The translations under genes were made by a program, and so were the position numbers. A stretch of 63,729 bases of DNA, filler included, from Octopus bimaculoides (Eukaryota): the NCBI RefSeq assembly GCF_001194135.2. It is 9 parts of 9 records of this genome, joined end to end, with 100 filler letters (N's around TTAATTAATTAA, not from the genome) between each part and the next. Parts side by side here need not be neighbours in the genome. Positions count along the whole stretch, not along the records: positions 42,492 to 55,070 come from NC_068984.1; positions 55,171 to 59,157 come from NC_068997.1; positions 59,258 to 61,030 come from NC_068988.1; positions 61,131 to 62,443 come from NC_068991.1; positions 62,544 to 63,729 come from NC_068996.1; 4 more parts are not named here. One strand, 5' to 3'. Below are positions 51,538 to 63,729 of the stretch, piece by piece (the stretch's first letter is position 1; every line of letters starts with the position of its first letter). Below the pieces are notes generated by a model. That model was not told the DNA's origin and did not search any database. It worked only from the letters and a program-made list of their open reading frames with translations.

Positions 51538-52088
51538 AGTGAGAAAGCAGTGCGTGCCATCAAAGTGACACTGGGGTATAGATATACGAAGCCCAGTATA
51601 CCCATCAATACTACTCGTCTGATAAGGGTTCACTAAGCACATGCATCACAAGTATATGTGCGCAACATGGTGATCTCAAATCAAGGTAAACAACATATGA
51701 CATTGCAGGTGACGCCCAGTTAGAATATTCTTCAGGTCGAGTAGCTCATTCCGCTCTGAAGGTCCCTGAATGAGGGTTGTTTAAGGATGATAAACTACAC
51801 ACATATGTTTCCAGACATGAATTATTCAAACCCCAAAGAATTCCTCACAACACATGGCTATGATGTTCCCCCACTGCTGCTCGTGACCAAAGATGCACAT
51901 ATCGTCAGCCACTGAGGGACATACTCAACTGGTTAAGGTCAAGCAACCAACAAGTAAATATGTGGTATTGAGCAGAATATTTGCTGTAACACATCTTTTA
52001 TAGCAAGACAAATCTTGTACATGATAACACTACGAATCAGTTAAGATCAGAAGCCATAAGAGCCACCGCCTGGTACTGCATCAAGGCA
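51538..52088 (-). mobile_element. ~550-bp non-coding TAA-associated repeat, apparently complete
   Basis: Bounded on both sides by trinucleotide tracts; homologous to 32817-33264. Confidence 0.8.
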
Positions 52089-52101
52089 ATTATTAACATT
52101 A

Positions 52102-52197
<96 letters not shown>

Positions 52198-52199
<2 letters not shown>

Positions 52200-53815
52200 T
52201 AACCTTATTTTTATCGCGTGTTTTCACTGCACTACCGAGCGCAGCTCTGTGTGCCTTGGGTATGTGCTGTGGTTTGTTGTGGTGGTCTTATTTTCACTGT
52301 ATTGAAAGTGTTTTACGTAGGATGTATGCGGTGTCAAGTAGTGCTATTTTCTGTATGTTATATATATTTGTAAGTCCTGGAGTTTTGTCTGAATGATTTT
52401 TTTATCATAACCTAATGCGCCTACTATAATAGGAATTGTTTCTGCTTTTAGGCTCCCCATTCGAGTTACCTCTATTTCCAGATCTTTGTATTTTAAAAAT
52501 TTCTCCGTTTCTTTTAGAGGAACATTGTCATATATTGGTATTGACACATCAATTAGAAAGTACTTTTTTCTTGATGATCTCTGACAGCTACATCTGGCCT
52601 ATTGGCCTTAATGTCTCTATCTGTGTGTATTGGCATATCCCAGAGTATGGTTGCTTTCTCATTTTCTGTGACCTTTTCTGGGGTGTGCCTATACCATCTT
52701 TTTTCTGTTGTTATTCCATAGTGTTGGCATAGCCTCCAGTGTATATAGGTCCCAGCTCTGTTGTATCTGAATATATTCCTTCTTAGCCAGGACTGGGCAG
52801 CCAGAGATAATATGATTTATTGTTTCATCCCTATCACCGCATATTCTGCAGTTACTTGTATTTCTTTTCATTATATGTTTTTGGTAATTTCTAGTGGGAA
52901 GGCTTTGATCTCATGCTGCAATTAAAAATCCTTCAGTCTCTACTTTGAGTCCTGAGCTTCTCAGCCATTGTTGGGATGTTGCTTTTGCTATTTATTTTCT
53001 GTTTAATTTAACCCAGTATTTGCCACGAGGGGGTTTTTCGTGCCATCATTTTATCATGATCCGTTGCTGTTCCAATTTTAGTTTGGATTTCAGTTGTTTT
53101 ACAGCTTTTGTTGTTTCTTCTTTTTCTACATAATTGTTAGGTACTATGACTTCTTTTTTGTATCTATCAGCTTCCTTAAAAACTGAAGACAGTTTTTTTT
53201 TTATTTTGTTCGTGTTTTGTGGCTATTTGTATTAGTTTTCCTTGCTTCTGAAATAGGTATTCCTGTCGTTCTATGGTGGTTATTTTATACTAGTTTTCTA
53301 GCCTGTACCACCTTCAATACGTTATATATATAGCCTTTCTATGTCAGATGTTGGGTGGTGCATCCTAAATTCTGTCATTATTTTTCTTGTTTTCCTGTCT
53401 ATTTTAATTACTTCATTTAGAGTCCAGTTAAAAATATTGTAGTTGTAACTTACAACTGAGGTGGCTAGAGTGTTGATACCTATTATCTTATTTCTCGCAT
53501 TGAACTCTGTTTTCAGTATTAGTTTAACTCGTCTATCTTATCTTATCTTCTTTCTTATCTTCTCTTTCATTTGGGTGTGTTGTATCATATGTAGTCCATT
53601 GATTACTAAGTATTTGTATGACTGGCTTTGGTCTAATTCTCTTATGTCATTTGTTTTATCTTGTGTGATGTTGTTAATCTTGACTAGTTTTCCTCTTTTC
53701 AAGGTTGATTTGGCACATTTTTCTAAGCCAAATTTCATGTTTATTTCTTTGGTATGTCTACCCAGGATATAAGAACTGTAAGTTCCGCTTTAGTCCAGCA
53801 TAAATATTTTGTTTT
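52198..53815 (-). mobile_element. R4/Dong-type LINE, RT C-half to 3' end, (TAA)n tail
   Basis: MKFGLEKCA; CRICGDRDETINHIISGCPVLAKKEY; KYKDLEIEV...PIIVGALG. Confidence 0.9.
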
Positions 53816-53829
53816 CCTTGAACTTTTGA

Positions 53830-54190
53830 TTATATGTTCGAATCTGCAGGGCAGGTAACATCTACAAGAGTGCATGACTTTCGTCCCCTACCCCACTGAA
53901 CAATATCAAGTCCATTGTGTTTTCACCAGATTGTTGCTTTTATTGGAATATTTCACCAATATTCCTTGTTTTTAAAGGTGTATACACTACGGTTCCGACA
54001 TGCCTTTCATGTATCCGTCAAGGTAACGCTTCGAGGGAATATCATTGTAAATAGTTTTTGCAACTATTGATGTAGGTAGAACCTTGAAGACATTTGGGGG
54101 AAGCTGATGATGATGTAGGTGATATCTTCCACACTGGTATAGTATAAATGACATTTTCTATCACAATGTGGAAGTTTGATGGCTTCTCTG
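53830..54190 (-). mobile_element. RLE LINE fragment (zinc knuckle to RLE region)
   Basis: Frameshifted VEDITYII...VAKTIY...KEYW.NIPIK...LDIV...LVDVTCPADSNI. Confidence 0.6.
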
Positions 54191-54194
54191 TCTC

Positions 54195-55035
54195 TCTTGC
54201 TTATCAGGTATTTAGTAGTTATCTCCAATTCCTGGATAGAAATACATCTGCGAATTCAAAGAGCAGCACAAGCATTTGGTGGTTTGGAGTCACCGCATTT
54301 TAAACATTAAATTGGAATTTTTTACTCCAGACACAGATGTTTTTGCGTCTGCAAGCATCACTTCAATTAAATCAATGATTCTGAAAAATCAAATGAGGTG
54401 GTCTGGCCATATTGTTCGAATGGCGGATAAACGCATACCCAGACAGCTGTTTCATAGCGAGCTTGAAGAGGGGAAATGCAATCGGTGTAAACCTAAAAAA
54501 GAACTTTAAGGACAGCATAAGGACTACCATAAATTCACTTGGAATGGATCCAAAGGCCATAGAAACCCTTGCTTCGGATCGAGCTGGATGGCGAACAAAA
54601 GAATGGAGTGGAGTGAAAGTGTTTGAGGCGGCCAGGATAACACATGAGAGATTTAAAGAAGAATGTTACGATCAAGAAGGTGGATCTCAGTGACCTTTTT
54701 GTGTGCACAGTTTGACAGACCATGCCGTTCTTTTGCTGGGCTCAAATCTCATTTGAGAATCCATAAAAAACGAACCTCCAATAACTATTCTGCCAGTATA
54801 TCTGTGCACACCTTTCAATGCCGTGTATGCTATAAGGTCTGCAATTCTAACGGAAGCCTCAAAAGACATTTTAAGATACAAAAATGTCAGGACTTAACTG
54901 CAACTCTCCATGGTCCAAATCGGATATGCAATCTATGTGGGTGTCTTTTCAATGCAGTGGCTTTAAAAGGCCTCATCAGACCCTATGATGTGTAGGAACA
55001 AGAGGTGGTCAGACACTGCATAAGAAGACAACCAC
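54195..55035 (+). mobile_element. RTE/BovB-like LINE 3' portion ending in three decayed C2H2 fingers
   Basis: LRIQRAAQAFG; QMRWSGHIVRMADKRIPRQLFHSELEEGK; LASDRAGWR; then RPCRSFAGLKSHLRIH, CRVCYKVCNSNGSLKRH, CNLCG; short 3'UTR and (TA)n. Confidence 0.85.
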
Positions 55036-55170
55036 TATATATATATATACATACATATACACACATAAATNNNNNNNNNNNNNNNNNNNNNNNNNNNNNN
55101 NNNNNNNNNNNNNNTTAATTAATTAANNNNNNNNNNNNNNNNNNNNNNNNNNNNNNNNNNNNNNNNNNNN

Positions 55171-55320
55171 CCCGTAATCTAGCGGTTCGGCAAAAGAGAC
55201 CGATAGAATAAGTACTAGGCTTCCAAAAGAATAAGTCCTGGGGTCGATTTGCTCGACTAAAGGCGGTGCTCCAGCATGGCCGCACTCAAATGACTGAAAC
55301 AAGTAAAAGAGAGTAAAAGA
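55171..55320 (+). mobile_element. SINE family A 3' half (C segment), well conserved
   Basis: cccgtaatctagcggttcggcaaaagagaccgatagaataagtact...ccagcatggccgca.tcaaatgactgaaac. Confidence 0.85.
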
Positions 55321-55764
55321 GATCACGTCCGATTGCTATCGTTCTGCCCAAACCTCATTGCCGCACCCGGTTTATTTGGAGGAGCCTGAGAATGCCAACA
55401 TCATCCAAATCTGTTGCAACCTTTATAGCCATCATCGATGTCGTCATTATCATTACGGTAGCACCTTACCTCCTCCACCCGCTGCCCGGTATTTCCGCAC
55501 ATCGCATCACATCAGTCACCTCCCCCATCATTCTCTCTCTCATCCAGCCTATCAGTCAGTCAGTCAGTCAGTTACGGAACAATGCTGGTCATGGACGGAT
55601 ATCTCTGTTTTATGGGATATTTACAGCTTCATCACTAACAACAACAACAATAAAACGCCAGTCTGCGCCGCCACTACTACTACTACTGCAGTTATCCGGA
55701 TTTCCTCGTTTCTAATCATTCACCAATATCTACAACAATTATTCTAACAAATATTGATAAAATA

Positions 55765-55829
<65 letters not shown>

Positions 55830-56128
55830 NNNNNNNNNNNNNNNNNNNNNNNNNNNNNNNNNNNNNNNNNNNNNNNNNNNNNNNNNNNNNNNNNNNNNNN
55901 NNNNNNNNNNNNNNNNNNNNNNNNNNNNNNNNNNNNNNNNNNNNNNNNNNNNNNNNNNNNNNNNNNNNNNNNNNNNNNNNNNNNNNNNNNNNNNNNNNNN
56001 NNNNNNNNNNNNNNNNNNNNNNNNNNNNNNNNNNNNNNNNNNNNNNNNNNNNNNNNNNNNNNNNNNNNNNNNNNNNNNNNNNNNNNNNNNNNNNNNNNNN
56101 NNNNNNNNNNNNNNNNNNNNNGGGATTG

Positions 56129-56213
<85 letters not shown>

Positions 56214-57545
56214 TAGGTGTTTTATATATACCTGTCTGTGTGTATGTGCTTATATAGATGTATGTGAGTGTATACACATTACTTTCACACATTAGAAAAC
56301 TTATATTGAATGTCATATAATTGATTGCATTTCAGTTCGCAAAAATATATATCGATGAATCAAAGAACTTTTATAAATACACGCATAACCATACCTATAT
56401 GTAGACGCTTATACAAAAATGTAGTATAAATCTTCATGTTTTACACACACACACACACACGCACACACACATACACACACACGCACACACACNNNNNNNN
56501 NNACACACGCACACACACATACACACACACGCACACACACATACACACACACTTATACAATGCTTTGTACGTGTGAAGAACATTTCCAGTGTGTCTATAC
56601 GATATTTGGACAAACTGAACATGTAGTTCCCACGTTAAATACATCTTCATCACATAACTCGCGTCTTAATCTAGATGGTATGACATGACATATACACACA
56701 CATAAATACACGCACGCACACACACACATACACACACGCGCACACATACACAAACACACACACACAAAACTTGGATGGGAAATTCGAAAAATGCCTTCAT
56801 TTTCATCTTAATTCTAGTCGTCATACCTGTTATTGTCATCGTTATCAGCAACAACATCGACGACAACATCATCATCATCATCATCATCGTCGTCGTCGTC
56901 ATCACCTACAACAGCAACAACAACAACAACAACCACAACAGGACCATCAACATCTACAGACATTCGTTGATTGAACGATGGATTGTCAAGCATATGTACT
57001 TCCTTGTTGCTTCGATGGTGAAGATAAACTTGCTTAAGCTTACATCTCTGCGTAATTGGTATTGTTTTCAGATTGAAGATATTTACTCAGATGGACGTAC
57101 CCGAACATACCCAAAGCCTTTCCCCCCTTTTTCTTTTTCTTTTTCTTTTCTTTTCGTCATTGTAGAAGAATGAAATTTTGATGGCAGTTTAAGTGTTGGC
57201 AATTTCGCCCAGTTTGGTTGTGTATTCGTTATACAACATCTATATATATAATAGCAACGAAACAACGGCACAAGTAGCAATAATACCATTATGGACAACA
57301 ACGAAACAGCATCAAACAACACATCACCAACAAGGATAAACTGCAGATAAACAACAACAACAACAACAACAACGACGACGACGACACAAACTAACAATAA
57401 TCGCAAAAAATATCAAGAAATAACGCAAGCAGTATCATCAGCATCATCATCACAACAGCAAAAACCGGAAACTATAAGCGATTTCATTACTCACCAAAAT
57501 TTCAGGCCTTCTACCTTTAGTCGAACGGATTATTATTATTATTTC

Positions 57546-57641
<96 letters not shown>

Positions 57642-57728
57642 CTCCACCAAAACCACCACCACTACAACTACAACCTCTCTCTCTCTCNNNNNNNNNNNNN
57701 NNNNNNNNNNNNNNNNNNNNNNNNNNNN

Positions 57729-57796
<68 letters not shown>

Positions 57797-58725
57797 TGTA
57801 TGTATATATATAGTGTATACGTATACATATATATTGTTTTTATGTTAAGTTATAAGCGGAAAGAATTTAACGTAAAACCGAAGGATTACTGAATATTTAT
57901 CAATCTGATGATGATATGCAACCTAAACTTTGAAGTCACTATCAACCGTTGGTTTTTGTAAAGAATTAATTGGTATTTCGATAGACAGATAGAAGTAGAG
58001 GTAGGTAGCGAGAGGTATAAGTACTAAATAAAAAAGATATGTTGTGGAAGGAAGGAGGGAGCTGGGAGAAGAAAACAGGGACAGGAAGAGGAAATGGAGC
58101 AGATTAGGGGGAGGGAAAGGGTTAGGGTTAAGATAGAAGCTGAGGTTCAACTGTGAGGTTTAGAGGTGGTTTTACGGCTGGGTTAGAATTGAGGGCAAGA
58201 TCTCCGGCTGTCTTATTGGATTTGTGGTTAAGAAAAAGAGGACAATAAAATTAACGTTAACGACAGCAACAACAACATTAGAACAACAAAAGCAACAACA
58301 AATATAACAGAAGTTAGCAACATCGTTGGCAACCAGCAGAATAAAAAACGAAAAGAGAAAATGAAAGAAAAACTCCAAAGAATATTAGGAAGCAAGAGCA
58401 ACAACAACATGCACTGTTAAAAATACAATGTTAGAAGAAGAATTAAATATTTGTTGTAAATTGCCAAATTAAGACCAAATATAACAACACAGAAATACAT
58501 CATAGTCAAATACCATCCTCATCAGCACACTCCTCCTTCTCCTCCTCCTCCTCCTCCTGCTTCTCTTTCTCCTCCTCCTCCTCCTCCTCCTCCTCCTTCA
58601 ACTCCTCCTTCTCCTCGTCTTGTTTTTTTCCCTTCTTCTCCTCCTCCGCTTCATCATCATCATTCATAATTCTTCTAGTCTATTGCAACAACGACAACCA
58701 TCAGAAAGTCTGATTAAGTGTCCTG

Positions 58726-59157
58726 ATGGAAGCGAACACCAACGAGGAGGGTTCACTCCTAGCTGAATCCCCTCTCAGTAATCCCAGCATTCCTAAGGAA
58801 TACAGCCAACCGCTTCATGTTGCTCCGCCGCTGAATGTACTCGAACCTCTTACCTCGGCAGTCTCCTTGCTTCCTGTCGTCTCAGCTCTGTCGCACCATG
58901 CCACCCTGCATAGCCCCACACGGCTTCACGTATCTTCCTCATCACCATCCTCATCACCACCAGTCACTGGTCCAACTGCGATCAGTGCGAGATCTTTGTC
59001 TTCATCATCCTCATCGTCGACCTCATCATCGTCTTCATCATCTTCATCCTCATCGTTACACACACAATCGCCAACATCATCGTCACCGAACCTCAATGCA
59101 GTTGCACCGACACAGATACCCCCGCCACCACCCACTCCACCACCTCCACCGCCTCCA
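58726..59157 (+). CDS. Candidate first coding exon of a Ser/Pro-rich protein, truncated by a gap
   Basis: 144 open codons MEANTNEEGSLLAESPLSNPSIPKEYSQPL...PPPP; upstream in-frame TGA; non-repetitive N-terminal half with protein-like composition. Confidence 0.5.
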
Positions 59158-59512
59158 NNNNNNNNNNNNNNNNNNNNNNNNNNNNNNNNNNNNNNNNNNN
59201 NTTAATTAATTAANNNNNNNNNNNNNNNNNNNNNNNNNNNNNNNNNNNNNNNNNNNNTCAAAAATGAGTATAAAATATATGAGAAGAGAAGAGGACTATT
59301 AATAAAATAAAATTGAAATTAAGATTAAGAATGACATTCATAGTTTACTGTTATTTCTTGCATGCGCACGTGGTCTTTTCGTTCCGTTCTGGATTCGCAC
59401 TGATAATATACCAATTAGGCCTGCATTTCTTTTATCTCACTAATACAATTTGAAAAAGTATGATCAAACAATCAGATAGAAAGCTTCGTACAAGTAACCA
59501 GTCTATGTACAC

Positions 59513-59618
59513 ATGTACCTCTCTTCAATATATATCTCATCACAAACCTTATGGTCGTTAGGAGTGCATCCTAACGACCATAAGTTTGTGGTGAGGTACA
59601 TATCGAAAAGAGGTACAT
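59513..59618. repeat. 106-nt hairpin (50-bp arms, 5-nt loop)
   Basis: 45/50 matches plus one bulge; inner 16 bp perfect (CTTATGGTCGTTAGGA gtgca TCCTAACGACCATAAG). Confidence 0.9.
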
Positions 59619-59682
59619 AAAAAAAAGCTAATTTCAAATTAATAAGGTATGCCAAAGACATTGGTAAATATGCACTTACTTT

Positions 59683-59688
59683 AAAAAA
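59683..59688 (-). terminator. Pol III terminator (T6) of tRNA-Ile
   Basis: TTTTTT on the minus strand 2 nt after the tRNA 3' end. Confidence 0.75.
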
Positions 59689-59690
59689 GA

Positions 59691-59764
59691 TGGCCAGTAT
59701 GGGGCTCGAACCCACGACATTCGCGTTATTAGCACGACGCTCTAACCAACTGAGCTAACCGGCC
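59691..59764 (-). tRNA. tRNA-Ile-AAT: tRNA-Ile, anticodon AAT
   Basis: GGCCGGT TA GCTC AGTTGGTTA GAGC G TCGTG CT AAT AA CGCGA ATGTC GTGGG TTCGAGC CCCAT ACTGGCC A; all four stems pair. Confidence 0.95.
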
Positions 59765-59853
59765 ACGTGGAACGTAAGTGATATAAGGACTATTATGTAG
59801 ATACAATAGCATAGATTACAGTTGTGTGTGTTCATAGTCCATCTTCTTGTGAC

Positions 59854-59958
<105 letters not shown>

Positions 59959-59994
59959 ACGGGCATAGATAGACACATTGAGTAATTTATGTAT

Positions 59995-60680
59995 ACATTT
60001 GGTTATTGCTCCATTTTCACAGATGATTGCCGTCACTCTGAGCCGCTTCGTTGTCTATGGCAGTTTTGACTTCTCGTCCATGACTTCTCAGATCACCATT
60101 CAGTCCTGCTGCAGATCCGCATGGTTTGAAGCATAAGTGATAGACGAAAGCTGTAGCTTCGACTGGATTTATGGAACGTGATCTTTGTGTACTGCCGTGT
60201 CTTTTCTGGCCTGAAACGGATTTGCAAACTTTTTCACATATCACTCTTGTTGAATCACCTGGAAGGATGTTACATACAGTTGATCTAACGTGAGACTTCG
60301 AATGGTTGACATACCCAATCTTAGAGAGGAATACACGGCCATACGTAACACTCTTCCAGCATTTTATATTTTTATTGAGGTTCTGATGACAGCCTTTCCG
60401 AAGCCAAGGCGATCCTCTTCAAAAGTTTTATAATCTTCGCTTATGCGTTTCCTCCGCTCAGATCTCTCCAAAGCTAGCTCTTCCCAGTTCTTAACACTGA
60501 TCTGCAATTTCTTGGTTGCCTTTTATGCAGTGTTTGTATCTTTTTCGTGTTTTGTGCTGAGGACGCTTTCCAATGCACAGCTCGTCACGGAACTGCTGCT
60601 TTGGAATCCTGTTATCTTCCTTACACACAATATGACCCACCCAACGCATTTCATTACATATGATTAGTGGCTGGCGGTTT
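59995..60680 (-). mobile_element. Second RTE family, 3' portion with three decayed C2H2 fingers
   Basis: MRWVGHIVCKEDNRIPKQ...GKRPQHK.RKRYKHCIK; then (C)GRVFLSKIGYVNHSKSH, CEKVCKSVSGQKRH, HLCFKPCGSAAGLNG.LRSH. Confidence 0.75.
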
Positions 60681-60897
60681 GTGCTTAGTTGCCTTTGCAC
60701 GATCTTCTGTGTGAGATGTTTTACTTTGACATTTGCTGAGTGTGAGTGTCAAGCATTTTGTCTGTATGTATGTATGTATGTATGTATGTATGTATGTATG
60801 TATGTATGTACGTACACACACACAAACATATATATACCTATATATATTTATAATATATATATATATCATATATGAATACAGGTATATATACATATAC

Positions 60898-61030
60898 GTC
60901 CGCAAATCCCAAGTTGACATCTGCTCTTCTCGCCATTCTCGCGAACTCATTTCACCCTTTTCGGATAAACTTGTGACTGGTGACGAAAAATGGATCTTCT
61001 ATCGAAATGTTAAACGTCGTAAACAGTGGC
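60898..61030 (+). mobile_element. mariner transposase fragment
   Basis: ICSSRHSRELISPFSDKLVTGDEKWIFYRNVKRRKQW (TGDEKW, first catalytic Asp). Confidence 0.85.
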
Positions 61031-61130
61031 NNNNNNNNNNNNNNNNNNNNNNNNNNNNNNNNNNNNNNNNNNNNTTAATTAATTAANNNNNNNNNNNNNN
61101 NNNNNNNNNNNNNNNNNNNNNNNNNNNNNN

Positions 61131-61177
<47 letters not shown>

Positions 61178-61182
61178 ATATA

Positions 61183-62443
61183 TATAGAAAGATGACCAGT
61201 AGGGTGGACATTTAATATGCTAGAAATAACTCACATGTTGTGTCTACTAAGACCTCGCAGTTCTCAAAAAAAAAATTAGCGAAATACCAAACCGTAAGCG
61301 GGCAAGACATTGAAAATTATATATAATTAAAAAGTTATTCGTGGACCAAGATTTCGGAGTTAAAAATCTCTTACCGAGAAAATCTGCTCCATCTTCAGCA
61401 CGAACTGCTAGTGGCAATTCCAAGAATCTTATACAAGTTGTTCACCGCTAGATGCGAACGTGTATATGGTTCTGTTAATTACAACGAACTGGTAAAAATC
61501 AGATGTCTTCGTTTTGGCGCGCTAATTCCGGAAATATGTCTGCAGAAAATAGTTACTGCGTAGCATATATCCAATTTGAGAACTGGGTTATGGTTAATTA
61601 AAATATAGGGTAAAAATCAGATATTAATTAATATCGAATTATTACCAGGAAGCTAGCATATTTAAAGAATCCGAGAGATTCAGAAAAAATATCTGAAATC
61701 TAAATGGATTAAGGTATATTTTTATATATAGAAAGATGACCAGTAGTGTGGACATTTAATATGTTAGAAATAGCTAACATGTTGTGTCTACTAAGACCTA
61801 GTACGCAGTAACTATATTTCTGCAGACATATTTCCGGAATTAGCGCGCCAAAACGAAGACATTTGATTTTTACCAGTTCGTTGTAATTAACAGAACCATA
61901 TACACGTTCGCCTCTAGCGGTGAACAACTTGTATAAGATTCTGGGAATTGCCACTAGCAGTTCGTGCTGAAGATGGAGCAGATTTTCTCGGTAAGAGATT
62001 TTTAACTCCGAAACCTTGGTCCACGACTAACTTTTTAATTATATGTAATTTTCAATGTCTTGTCCGCTTACGGTTTGGTATTTCGCTAATTTTTTTTTGA
62101 GAACTACTAGGTCTTAGTAGACACAACATGTGAGCTATTTCTAGCATGTTAAATGTCCACCCTACTGGTCATCTTTCTATATATAAAAATATACCTTAAT
62201 CCACTTAGATTTCAGATATTTTTTCTGAATCTCTCGGATTCTTTAAATATGCTAGCTTCCTGGTAATAAATCGATATTAATTAATATCGATTTATTACCA
62301 GGAAGCTAGCATATTTAAAGAATCCGAGAGATTCAGAAAAAATATCTGAAATCTAAGTGGATTAAGGTATATTTTTATATATAGAAAGATGACCAGTAGG
62401 GTGGACATTTAACATGCTAGAAATAGCTCACATGTTGTGTCTA
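61183..62443. mobile_element. Cluster of fold-back elements with ~180-bp TIRs, including a perfect 326-bp palindrome
   Basis: 61621-61803 inverted against 62107-62290; 61183-61562 inverted against 61801-62180; 62118-62443 is a perfect palindrome centred at 62280/62281. Confidence 0.8.
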
Positions 62444-62543
62444 NNNNNNNNNNNNNNNNNNNNNNNNNNNNNNNNNNNNNNNNNNNNTTAATTAATTAAN
62501 NNNNNNNNNNNNNNNNNNNNNNNNNNNNNNNNNNNNNNNNNNN

Positions 62544-62583
<40 letters not shown>

Positions 62584-62589
62584 GTATTC

Positions 62590-63123
62590 ATGATCGAGAC
62601 CTTACCTTTTTGCACCCACCCATTCAAAGTAGACTTCACACGTGGCTCCTTCAAGATGGGGCAACTGCTCAAACTGCAAGAGAAACAATGCAGTTGCTAC
62701 GGAAGTGTTTTGGAGAGAGACTATCTCCTGCTATAATGTCAACTGGCCTTCACGTTCCCCGAAATTGCCTAGCCTGGATTTTTTCTTGTGGGAATGCCTG
62801 AAACAGTGGGTTTACTTCAACAAACCAGAAACTCTGGTGCAACTGAAGGAGAATATCAATAGAGAAATCAGAAAAGTGGGGTCTGAAACTCTTGAGAGTG
62901 TTATGGTGCAAGTTTTGGAAAGAGCACAGGCGTGCAAAGCCGAAAATGGCTGCCATTTTAGCGATGTCATTTTTCAAGTGATATAGTGGTGTTGCAAAAT
63001 TTGACTTGTACATATTAATTTCCATTATGTCCTTTATATTATATCAAACTTTCATGCATTTATTTGTAAAGCTAAGGAAGTTATTAAAAACTGAAACCCA
63101 TCAGTCACTTTTGGAACACCCAG
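62590..63123 (+). mobile_element. Tc1/mariner (maT/DD37D-like) transposase 3' half with right TIR
   Basis: WLLQDGAT...WPSRSPKLPSLDFFLWECLKQWVY; ends cagtcacttttggaacacccag|TA. Confidence 0.8.
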
Positions 63124-63472
63124 TATATATATATATATATATATCATCATCATCATCATATATATATAAATTGTAAATGTAAAATAAAAACAAAACACAA
63201 AGGATTTTGCGGTACACGTGTTTCAAGCTTTATAGTTGTTGCATCATAGTATAAAGCTATCTTCAGCCGCAAATGTATTCTTTCCCAAGAATTATATCAC
63301 ATAGAATAAGTTAAAGTAGGAAGAAACATGATAGATAAAAGGTGAGATTCTGTTTGGCATTTTCCATTGTAATATACCTCGTAGAATTCTTAATTTGATA
63401 TATTTAGACAGAAGTTCCTCGGTACTCGGGAATCCGGCCATACTGCGCCACAATTTAGTGTATATATATATA

Positions 63473-63729
63473 CTAGCAGTATAACCCGACGTTGTGCGGG
63501 TGTGACTTATTACGCCATCTACGATAAGTCTTGCTAGGTGAAAATCAACTAAAAAGGAAAGACAACAAAAAAACACTTATGATGTAAATATGTTCGTAAT
63601 TCAAAAGACGATGAAATTAAAAGGGCAAGTTTGAAGGCTGTTTTGCGTAACATTATTAATCGTACGTAAATTTCATCCGTCTAATTGGCTATACAAATGA
63701 TATGTGCAAAACAACTTTTTGCACTGTCC
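63473..63729 (-). mobile_element. Helitron-like 3' terminus
   Basis: Minus strand ACCCG cacaacgt CGGGT hairpin, 7 nt, then CTAG|T; the element runs off the window. Confidence 0.6.

Noticed and set aside
51612-51640. 5S rRNA-like ctcgtctgat...ctaagca in the 550-bp element
   Set aside because: Match too short, and no 5S internal promoter or fold is evident.
58115-58200. TTAGGG telomere-like words
   Set aside because: Only one or two units in purine-rich low-complexity sequence; not an array.
63292-63445. Minus ORF MAGFPSTEELLSKYIKLRILR with a possible donor
   Set aside because: Short, no recognisable motif, between transposon remnants; insufficient support.

Overview
AT-rich eukaryotic (metazoan) scaffold segment saturated with microsatellites, assembly gaps and decayed transposons. 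The repeat families look like an octopus/coleoid cephalopod genome (my inference from repeat recognition, not verified). No complete protein-coding gene can be supported. Well supported content: an intact tRNA-Ile(AAT); many restriction-like-endonuclease (R4/Dong-type) LINE remnants piled in one orientation inside (TAA)n tracts; RTE, Tx1/L1, Penelope, Tc1/mariner and Helitron remnants; several tRNA-derived SINE families; and many fold-back or hairpin elements. Most notable: (i) two different RTE LINE families end in three C2H2 zinc fingers, and a 5'-truncated copy forms a stand-alone intact 3xC2H2 ORF that mimics a host ZNF gene; (ii) two or three families of Penelope-type minimal hammerhead ribozyme motifs, with a canonical consensus recoverable from differently mutated copies; (iii) a ~550-bp non-coding element co-oriented with R4/Dong tails in TAA tracts; (iv) a 326-bp perfect spacerless palindrome that may be an assembly mirror; (v) CpG-rich unique islands and a Ser/Pro-rich ORF as candidate exons. 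Repeat boundaries are read by eye and approximate (about +/-20-30 bp).
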